5,863 bases of DNA, taken from contig CAYWGS010000096.1 in assembly GCA_964457525.1 (NCBI GenBank), forward strand, positions 1-5,863, in the 5' to 3' direction. The position numbers and the translations under genes were made by a program. Below the pieces are notes generated by a model. The model did no database searches. It saw only the letters and a list, made by a program, of their open reading frames with translations, and was not told the origin of the DNA. Each line of letters opens with the position of its first letter. Position 1 is the first letter of the stretch. Positions 1 through 5,369 of the stretch are shown here, piece after piece. This DNA is from an uncultured Erysipelotrichaceae bacterium. Its GTDB lineage: Bacteria; Bacillota_I; Bacilli_A; Erysipelotrichales; Erysipelotrichaceae.

Positions 1-61
1 GTTCAGGATATGTTATTACAAGAGATAATAGTGTTTGATCTAAATTGATTTCTTTGTTCAT
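1..61 (-). CDS. Possible 5' end of an unidentified ORF running off the left edge (MNKEINLDQTLLSLVITYPE...)
   Basis: ATG at 61-59 on the minus strand is followed by 20 stop-free codons to position 1. There is no Shine-Dalgarno, and only a weak promoter-like arrangement upstream (68-96). A plus-strand frame-1 reading (..VQDMLLQEIIVFDLN*, stop at 46-48) is an equally short alternative. Too little sequence to decide. Confidence 0.25.
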   Translation of the reverse strand, partial: MNKEINLDQTLLSLVITYPE

Positions 62-67
62 AGACAA

Positions 68-96
68 AGAATATCAAAAGAAGTGATTGAATTCAA
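68..96 (-). promoter_or_regulatory. Candidate promoter for the left-edge ORF (TTGAAT - 17 nt - TGATATTCT)
   Basis: Minus-strand reading: -35-like TTGAAT (96-91), a 17-nt spacer, a TGn extended -10 (76-74) and TATTCT (73-68). Six more nt follow before the ATG at 61. Both hexamers match consensus at only 4/6. Confidence 0.25.
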
Positions 97-106
97 ACAA
101 TGTTAT

Positions 107-132
107 AAAAAAAAGGTATCCGTTAGGATACC
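107..132 (-). terminator. Rho-independent terminator of gap
   Basis: Minus-strand transcript reads GGUAUCC-UAAC-GGAUACC: a perfect 7-bp stem (132-126 / 121-115) with a 4-nt loop, followed at once by eight U (114-107). It starts 7 nt after the gap TAA stop (142-140). Confidence 0.85.
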
Positions 133-139
133 TAGTTTC

Positions 140-1153
140 TTAGAACTTTGATTGTTCAGCTAAGAATTGAGCTGTACGAACTAATTGGTTTGTGTATGAA
201 GCTTCGTTATCATACCAAGCAGCTACTTTAACTAAGCAAACACCATTGATGTTTTGAACTTTAGTTTGAGTTGCATCAAATAATGAACCATAAGCAATAC
301 CGATTACATCGGAGCTAACGATTGGATCTTCAGTATAACCGAAGGATTCGTTAGAAGCTGCTTTCATAGCTGCATTAATTTCAGCTGCTGTACATTCTTT
401 CTTAACAACTGCAACTAATTCAGTTAATGAACCAGTTACAACTGGAACACGTTGAGCAGCACCGTCTAGTTTTCCTTTTAATTCAGGAACAACCAAGCCG
501 ATCGCCTTAGCAGCACCTGTTGAGTTAGGGATAATGTTTGCTGCAGCAGCACGTGCACGACGTAAATCACCATTACGGTGAGGCGCATCTAATGTATTTT
601 GGTCATTAGTATATGCGTGAATAGTTGTCATAGAACCGTTAACGATTTCGAAATTGTCATTTAAGCATTTAGCCATAGGAGCTAAACAGTTCGTAGTACA
701 TGAAGCACCAGAGATAACAGTTTCAGAACCATCTAAGATATCATGGTTAACATTGAATACAACAGTCTCAACATCATCACCTGCAGGAGCAGAGATAATA
801 ACTTTACGAGCACCTGCTTTAATGTGAGCAGAAGCTGTATCTTTCTTTGTAAAGAATCCAGTAGATTCGATAACTACATCAACTTTTAAATCAGCCCAAG
901 GTAATAATGAAGGGTCTTTTTCTTTTAAGACACGTACTGTCTTACCATCGACAATTAAATCGTCTCCTTCGAAACTAACAGTGTGACCATCAAAACGTCC
1001 TTGTGATGTATCATACTTTAATAAATGAGCTAAGGTCTTCGCATCGGTTAAGTCGTTTAGCGCAACGATTTCAAACGCTGGATTTCCCCACATAATGCGG
1101 AAAGCTAAGCGTCCAATACGACCAAATCCATTAATCGCAATTCTTGCTGTCAT
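140..1153 (-). CDS. gap: Glyceraldehyde-3-phosphate dehydrogenase, class I, NAD-dependent (337 aa from ATG 1153)
   Basis: Shows INGFGRIGR Rossmann motif at the N-terminus, ALNDL (NAD-type Asp), catalytic [10 protein letters not shown] and C-terminal WYDNE. The ORF track starts at an in-frame TTG (1177). That codon lies upstream of the AGGAGG Shine-Dalgarno (1168-1163), which sits 9 nt before ATG 1153 ([15 protein letters not shown]...), so 1153 is the real start. Confidence 0.97.
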   Translation of the reverse strand: MTARIAINGFGRIGRLAFRIMWGNPAFEIVALNDLTDAKTLAHLLKYDTSQGRFDGHTVSFEGDDLIVDGKTVRVLKEKDPSLLPWADLKVDVVIESTGFFTKKDTASAHIKAGARKVIISAPAGDDVETVVFNVNHDILDGSETVISGASCTTNCLAPMAKCLNDNFEIVNGSMTTIHAYTNDQNTLDAPHRNGDLRRARAAAANIIPNSTGAAKAIGLVVPELKGKLDGAAQRVPVVTGSLTELVAVVKKECTAAEINAAMKAASNESFGYTEDPIVSSDVIGIAYGSLFDATQTKVQNINGVCLVKVAAWYDNEASYTNQLVRTAQFLAEQSKF

Positions 1154-1182
1154 GAATAATTTCCTCCTAATTGACAACCATA

Positions 1183-1211
1183 ATTATAGAATTATACAGG
1201 TCAAAAGTCAA
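1183..1211 (-). promoter_or_regulatory. gap promoter, consensus sigma-A type (TTGACT - 17 nt - TATAAT)
   Basis: Minus-strand reading: TTGACT (1211-1206), exactly 17 nt of spacer, then TATAAT (1188-1183). That leaves about 29 nt to the ATG, including the AGGAGG SD. A second TATAAT (1196-1191) lies inside the spacer but has no correctly spaced -35. Confidence 0.7.
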
Positions 1212-1229
1212 TTGTGAAACATCTCACAT
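1212..1229. promoter_or_regulatory. Rex / Crp-Fnr-type palindromic operator candidate (TGTGA-N6-TCACA core)
   Basis: Minus strand reads ATGTGAGATGTTTCACAA. It contains a perfect TGTGA-N6-TCACA core. It matches the Firmicute Rex box TTGTGAA-N4-TTCACAA at 12 of 14 specified positions. It directly abuts the -35 hexamer of the gap promoter. Confidence 0.45.
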
Positions 1230-1248
1230 AAATATGTAAGCGCTATTT

Positions 1249-2169
1249 CTATTGATTTTCTCTAAACCACAAAGGTTTTTCTGCTGACATGAAAAATGCT
1301 TCAGAAGTTTTGATATTCAGCTTATATAAATCGTTCAATAAACGTACATCATTGACACGTACATTTGTATATTCACTTTGCTCAAATGTTGCATAAGGGA
1401 AGATACGACTTAGATCTTCTTTCTCTGAAACAGAGAGTCGAATCGGTAGATTTAAACTTTTCAATGACGCTAAGATTGACATCATTGCTTTAGAGTTTAA
1501 ATAAACCATTTCTTCTATTTCAATATGATTGGAATACGCATAGACAAAGGCATAGGCTAATAGTTTACCATTATCTTGATAAGCAATAAGTTTACCACCC
1601 AATGCGTTCAATTCCATTAATAATTGACTAAAATCTTCAGTACTACGAATCACATAACCTGTAAAATGTTTGGTATATTGTCGATATAAATCTCTTAACT
1701 CTAAAGGGGAGCAGGAATAGGTAACACCCATTGGACTCATGGTTGGTAAGCTTAAGACATCTAACCAATAGTGATTTCTACGATAGATTTTTTCAAATCC
1801 AAAAGGAACATATAAATCAGGATTATAGCCTTGAATAAAGGTCAATAGATCACGATGTTCTAAGATATCAATCACCTTATTTAACATCTCTTTCATATAA
1901 CCTTGTCCACGATACTTAGGTAATGTAAAAATACCAACTAAAAAACTTACTTGAATTGGTTTTCCATTGAACTCAAGGGTACGTGTATGAACCTGACAAC
2001 TACTAATGAGTTCATCATGATCATCCACAAGCAAATAAGATTGATGGGTCTTATAGAGTTGATCAAAATAATAGTCTGTATGACCCCCATCATCTTCCGC
2101 AAAAATACCTTTCCACCAACGGTAGATTAATGCTTTGTCTTCTTCTTTTGCTCTTCTAAGTCGTGCCAT
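1249..2169 (-). CDS. Eis-family GNAT N-acetyltransferase (306 aa), lacking most of the C-terminal SCP2-like domain
   Basis: The N-terminal GNAT core carries the acetyl-CoA motif LPKYRGQGYMKEMLNKVI. From memory, the sequence is collinear with Firmicute Eis-like proteins (QSYLLVDD..., NGKPIQVSFLVGIFTLPKYRGQG, YNPDLYVPFGFE). It ends about 30 aa after VRVNDVRLLNDLY, which corresponds to the MARIVD-type entry into the SCP2-like domain. AGGA SD lies 9 nt upstream of ATG 2169. The start overlaps the upstream gene by 14 nt. Confidence 0.75.
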   Translation of the reverse strand: MARLRRAKEEDKALIYRWWKGIFAEDDGGHTDYYFDQLYKTHQSYLLVDDHDELISSCQVHTRTLEFNGKPIQVSFLVGIFTLPKYRGQGYMKEMLNKVIDILEHRDLLTFIQGYNPDLYVPFGFEKIYRRNHYWLDVLSLPTMSPMGVTYSCSPLELRDLYRQYTKHFTGYVIRSTEDFSQLLMELNALGGKLIAYQDNGKLLAYAFVYAYSNHIEIEEMVYLNSKAMMSILASLKSLNLPIRLSVSEKEDLSRIFPYATFEQSEYTNVRVNDVRLLNDLYKLNIKTSEAFFMSAEKPLWFRENQ

Positions 2170-3064
2170 TTGCTTTTATCCTATATTTATCAATCATATG
2201 ACTTGGATTCAATGCTTTCTTCGCAAGAATAAGCGATTCAATCCCCATATCATCTTCACGATTTACCCATTCAATCGTTGGGTAATTCTTTTCTAAGAAT
2301 ATCTTTTCAATTGCTTGATATAAGCCACGAATGGTAGGATCTGCTTTTTCAATATTGATTTGCACCATATTATCAGTTGCGAGTGAAGCAATCAAGAAAG
2401 CCTTAACTTCTCCATCAATACGAATTACACCACCGGTATAAGGAAGAATGCCATACAAATCAAGAACATCATTAACTCCCTTAGCTTCATAAATCAAATA
2501 TTCTTCAGTCGAATCCGTTCTCCAGGATTTTAGGAATGCTTTAAGATCAGGAATATGATCTTCAGTTAAATCTTCATAAACAAATCGATTCTCATATTCA
2601 TGAACAAAATGATTATAGTTATTACGACGTTTCTGTAATTTCTTACCTGATAACGTACGCATTTTTTCACCTTCATACACATAATCGGCTGCTTCACATT
2701 CAATCGTTACATGACAGGTAGGAATAATTTTTTGTAAGAGTTCTAATTTATCCTTCGTAAAACAAGAAAGTTCAAATGGAACCTGATGTTTACTAAAGAT
2801 CGATTGTGCTTTTAAAATCGCTTCTTCAAAATACTCATCTTTACATAAAGGCATATAACTAAAAAGTCTTCCTTTGTGTATACCTAAAAGTAACATATAA
2901 TCATCCGTATGGTATTGCCATAAAGGATATTGTTCGCGCCATAAGAACATGTTAACTAAATTATGATTACTTTCTTCAATCTGTGCTAAATCCAAATACT
3001 TCTCAATCAGTGGAATATCTTTCTCTGTAACAAATATAAAATCTGCGTCGTCTAAACACACCAT
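2156..3064 (-). CDS. Stand-alone DUF2156 / COG4866 protein (MprF C-terminal aminoacyl-PG-synthase-domain-like, tandem GNAT fold), 302 aa
   Basis: Family hallmarks recognised by eye: N-terminal NLVNMFLWREQYP, a central basic helix LSGKKLQKRRNNYNHF, then GGVIRIDGEVKAFLIA, QINIEKAD and VNREDDMGIESLILAKKALNPSHMIDKY. No predicted TM segments. The start codon lies 3 nt after the stop of the upstream miniprotein (TAG AAC ATG). Confidence 0.8.
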   Translation of the reverse strand: MVCLDDADFIFVTEKDIPLIEKYLDLAQIEESNHNLVNMFLWREQYPLWQYHTDDYMLLLGIHKGRLFSYMPLCKDEYFEEAILKAQSIFSKHQVPFELSCFTKDKLELLQKIIPTCHVTIECEAADYVYEGEKMRTLSGKKLQKRRNNYNHFVHEYENRFVYEDLTEDHIPDLKAFLKSWRTDSTEEYLIYEAKGVNDVLDLYGILPYTGGVIRIDGEVKAFLIASLATDNMVQINIEKADPTIRGLYQAIEKIFLEKNYPTIEWVNREDDMGIESLILAKKALNPSHMIDKYRIKANGTT

Positions 3065-3067
3065 GTT

Positions 3068-3292
3068 CTATTCGCTTCTTTCTGTGTATTGTGCATCAAT
3101 AACATCCTTCTTCTCTGTGTTGGATGTTTCTTTAAACTCTTGTTGGACAGTTTGTCCCATTTTCTTAACTCTTAGTACAATATAGACCCAATATAATCCA
3201 AAAACAATCACTAAAAAAACAAACAATGGCCATAAGGTCATCAATATAAATACACCAATCATGGTTAATAATAAAACTCTAATAATGTTCAT
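3068..3292 (-). CDS. Small membrane protein, two predicted TM helices plus a charged C-terminal tail (74 aa); family unknown
   Basis: AGGTGA SD lies 4-5 nt upstream of ATG 3292. Two hydrophobic stretches are present (IRVLLLTMIGVFILMTL and PLFVFLVIVFGLYWVYIVL), followed by a K/E-rich tail of about 34 aa. It is the first gene of a tightly packed operon. I recognise no family. Confidence 0.6.
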   Translation of the reverse strand: MNIIRVLLLTMIGVFILMTLWPLFVFLVIVFGLYWVYIVLRVKKMGQTVQQEFKETSNTEKKDVIDAQYTERSE

Positions 3293-3307
3293 AAATTCAC
3301 CTGATTC

Positions 3308-3337
3308 ATTATACCATACTCAAAAGGATACAATCAA
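3308..3337 (-). promoter_or_regulatory. Promoter of the miniprotein-DUF2156-GNAT operon (TTGATT - 18 nt - TGgTATAAT, extended -10)
   Basis: Minus-strand reading: TTGATT (3337-3332), an 18-nt spacer, TGG (3316-3314) and TATAAT (3313-3308). Only 15 nt (GAATCAGGTGAATTT) separate the -10 from the ATG, so the SD would sit at or near the 5' end of the transcript. Confidence 0.6.
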
Positions 3338-3356
3338 AAAGCGCTCTAAAGCGCTT
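3336..3356 (-). terminator. Rho-independent terminator of the XRE gene
   Basis: Minus-strand transcript reads AAGCGCU-UUAG-AGCGCUU: a 7-bp stem (3356-3350 / 3345-3339) with a GC core. It runs into UUUUU-G-AUU. It begins 10 nt after the TGA stop (3369-3367). Confidence 0.75.
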
Positions 3357-3366
3357 ATTGACTTGC

Positions 3367-3627
3367 TCAGAACATATCCCGAATGTTAATCCCCAAACCA
3401 TTGGCCAACTTTAATAGAGCGTCCAATGATAGATTTCTTCTTCCTCGTTCTACATCCGAGATGTAATTACGATGGAGTCTACTTCTTTCCGCTAACTCTT
3501 CTTGTGATAAGCCACAACTTCTTCTGAAGTGCTTTACTCTTGTTCCAAAGGTTTTTCGAAAACTTTCGAATTCTTCATCCTTTGGTAAATCAAGAGAAAC
3601 GACTTCCCCATAACCGTTTTCTCTCAT
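3367..3627 (-). CDS. XRE / Cro-C1-type helix-turn-helix transcriptional regulator (86 aa)
   Basis: Classic HTH_3 core: FGTRVKHFRRSCGLSQEELAERSRLHRNYISDVERGRRNLSLDALLKLANGLGINIRDMF. It is preceded by an acidic extension of about 26 aa. GAGGGG SD lies 6 nt upstream of ATG 3627. The gene is monocistronic, with its own terminator. Confidence 0.9.
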   Translation of the reverse strand: MRENGYGEVVSLDLPKDEEFESFRKTFGTRVKHFRRSCGLSQEELAERSRLHRNYISDVERGRRNLSLDALLKLANGLGINIRDMF

Positions 3628-3663
3628 AATCTTCCCCTCAATACATAATTCAATTGTAATGAC

Positions 3664-3669
3664 ATTATA
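3664..3669 (-). promoter_or_regulatory. Candidate -10 (TATAAT) for the XRE gene
   Basis: TATAAT on the minus strand lies 36 nt upstream of ATG 3627. The -35 at 17-nt spacing is poor (CTCATT) and there is no TGn extension. This points to a weak or factor-dependent promoter, or to read-through from the glycosyltransferase operon. Confidence 0.4.
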
Positions 3670-3679
3670 TACTAAAATC

Positions 3680-3696
3680 TACACACAATGAGTGTA
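3680..3696. promoter_or_regulatory. Short inverted repeat TACAC-N7-GTGTA over the -35 region of the XRE promoter (possible auto-operator)
   Basis: Plus strand reads TACAC (3680-3684), ACAATGA, GTGTA (3692-3696). The arms are only 5 bp, so chance occurrence is plausible. Confidence 0.2.
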
Positions 3697-3729
3697 ATAT
3701 TGATGAAAAATCACAAAAAAATAGTAAAA

Positions 3730-4209
3730 TCAATTAGAATCGATAACACTTTTAATATGCATAATAAGCTTTTTATTATCAAAGATATACTTCTTAGGTT
3801 CAAATGACTTTGCTTGTTCAATACAAGCTGGAATATCTTCTAAATTCTTAGCATATAAAATATAACCATCGTGACTAAACTGTTCACAAATTTCTATTTG
3901 ATGATCATTTATATGTTCTTTATATTCTTTTAATCGTGGAACACCAATAATCTTCTTTCCATATCGACAACCATCTAATATGCTTCCTACACCACCATGG
4001 GTAATAATACATTCTGCTTTTTGTCGATAGTCATCTAATTCATCTTGAGAGAAGTAAGGGATGATGGTCATATACTTACTTTCAAACTTGGTATAACCGG
4101 ATTGAACAATAATTTCATCCTGAATAAGACCCATTTCACATTGTTTCTCTAATGCATTTAATAATCGAACAAAAGACTTATCTTGCGTTCCTAAAGTTAC
4201 GAGTATCAT
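3730..4209 (-). CDS. Alg13-like glycosyltransferase catalytic subunit (Glyco_tran_28_C; PssE/Cps14G/EpsF type), 159 aa
   Basis: MILVTLGTQ N-terminus, ITHGGVGSILDG nucleotide-sugar-binding loop and VPRLKEYKEHINDHQIEICEQF. These are typical of the C-terminal half of a MurG-like GT28 fold encoded as a separate polypeptide. GAGGG SD is present. The start overlaps the GT4 stop by ATGA (4209-4206). Confidence 0.85.
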   Translation of the reverse strand: MILVTLGTQDKSFVRLLNALEKQCEMGLIQDEIIVQSGYTKFESKYMTIIPYFSQDELDDYRQKAECIITHGGVGSILDGCRYGKKIIGVPRLKEYKEHINDHQIEICEQFSHDGYILYAKNLEDIPACIEQAKSFEPKKYIFDNKKLIMHIKSVIDSN

Positions 4210-5369
4210 AGTTTTCCCTCAATGGCTTGAATGTATTCTTTAAAGATCGAATCATTATCATAACTGTAATTGGTTAATGATTTTCGCATTATTCTTAGTT
4301 GATCTTTATTCTTTAAAACATCGATCAATTTATGAATAAAACTTTCTTGTGAGTTCTCCACGATCCAACCATTTACTGATTCTTCAATTTGTTCATGTAC
4401 ACCACTAACATCACACGCTAGAACAGGTGTTCCTGCAAAGAAAGATTCAATAATCGTTGTAGGATAGCCTTCATATAAAGAAGGGAGTAGAAATAGATCT
4501 GCTTGCTTAATATAGGGCATAGGATTGCGTTTACTACCCGTAAAGCTAATGTCTTCATAGACCCCTAAACGCTTAGCTAGAGCCTCACAATCCGCTTTTA
4601 ACTCGCCATCCCCAACTAAATAGAGATGAGCTTTAATATTCAATTCTTTAAGTGTTAACATTGCATATACAAGTCGATCCATTGCCTTTTGAGGATGGAA
4701 ACGACCAACACTGATAAGATTGATACAATCCTTATCATATGGTATCTCACAAGGTTCTAAAGACTTCTCTTTTAGCCCATCGATATCCATTAGATTACGT
4801 ATCGACACAATATTATCAACCTTAAATAAGTTACTAAACGCTTCTTTAGAACGCTTGGATACCGCAATATTTAAATCAATCTGTTTCAATGAATCCATCA
4901 TAATATCCATATGATGTGTTGAGTAATTAACAGCACTGTAATCAATATGAATCCAGTTAATCTTACGATCTGAATCCCCATTAGCCACAAAGATGGTACA
5001 GAAACCTTCTTTAGCCGCAATCTCGATATCATATTTCTTGTGTAAGAGTTTCTTACGTTCACGTTTAATCAATTGTTTGATTAAACCAGTCTTCATATAA
5101 AATAAAAAGATAAGTTTACGAAACACATCGATCCAACGTCTTTGTATTAGGGCAAACTTTAAGTTCACATCGACCGCATTAAAGAAATCACTCGATTGGA
5201 TTCGATTAATCCCAACAGGAATCTCATTGAGTAACTCACCATGGGGATGAAGTATTAAAACATCAATATCATACTCATTTAGATCAAAACGCTTTAGGAC
5301 ATTGTTCAAAATACGCGCAACACCACCCATAACCATTTCATCATTCACAAATAATAATTTCTTTTTCAT
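4206..5369 (-). CDS. GT4-family (Glycos_transf_1) glycosyltransferase, 387 aa
   Basis: The C-terminal domain carries GRFHPQKAMDRL, LVGDGELK and the E-x7-E signature EGYPTTIIE, followed by FFAGTPVLACDVSG. The N-terminal domain has a basic amphipathic insert (RRWIDVFRKLIFLFYMKTGLIKQLIKRERKK). The start overlaps the upstream stop as TAATG (5371-5367). Confidence 0.9.
   Translation of the reverse strand: MKKKLLFVNDEMVMGGVARILNNVLKRFDLNEYDIDVLILHPHGELLNEIPVGINRIQSSDFFNAVDVNLKFALIQRRWIDVFRKLIFLFYMKTGLIKQLIKRERKKLLHKKYDIEIAAKEGFCTIFVANGDSDRKINWIHIDYSAVNYSTHHMDIMMDSLKQIDLNIAVSKRSKEAFSNLFKVDNIVSIRNLMDIDGLKEKSLEPCEIPYDKDCINLISVGRFHPQKAMDRLVYAMLTLKELNIKAHLYLVGDGELKADCEALAKRLGVYEDISFTGSKRNPMPYIKQADLFLLPSLYEGYPTTIIESFFAGTPVLACDVSGVHEQIEESVNGWIVENSQESFIHKLIDVLKNKDQLRIMRKSLTNYSYDNDSIFKEYIQAIEGKL

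Noticed and set aside
1223-1240. Hairpin CUUACAU-AUUU-AUGUGAG downstream of the GNAT stop, considered as a terminator
   Set aside because: It is a 7-bp AU-rich stem with a G-U pair and no real U-tract. It overlaps half of the Rex/Fnr-type palindrome, which explains the symmetry better. Transcription from the GNAT operon may therefore read into gap.
3068-3292. Holin call for the 2-TM miniprotein
   Set aside because: Only generic architecture supports it. There are no endolysin, phage structural or integrase genes nearby, and the gene is coupled to a DUF2156 gene instead. I kept it only as an alternative within a finding.
1249-3627. GNAT toxin / XRE antitoxin (TacT/AtaT-like) toxin-antitoxin reading
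   Set aside because: The GNAT is a 306-aa Eis-type two-domain enzyme, not a small (about 160-180 aa) toxin. It is not adjacent to the XRE gene: two genes, a terminator and a promoter separate them.
3367-3627. Apparent higher G+C of the XRE gene as a sign of horizontal acquisition
   Set aside because: My hand count gives about 39% G+C (102/261). Sampled 60-nt blocks of neighbouring genes range from about 23% to 38%, so the difference is not convincing without a proper sliding-window calculation.
3674-3731. Three copies of AAAATC in the XRE upstream region, considered as direct-repeat binding sites
   Set aside because: The unit is only 6 nt, the spacing is irregular (33 and 19 nt) and the background is very AT-rich, so chance is the better explanation.
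3690-3735. T-rich stretch (TTTTTTTGTGATTTTT on the minus strand) after the Alg13-like stop, considered as a terminator
   Set aside because: I could not find a preceding stable stem. It looks like plain AT-rich spacer.
4720-4914. 64-aa plus-strand ORF from the track
   Set aside because: It lies entirely antisense within the well-supported GT4 gene. It has no SD or promoter, and its low-complexity S/I/L-rich product has no recognisable motif. This is the kind of spurious ORF expected in AT-rich coding sequence.
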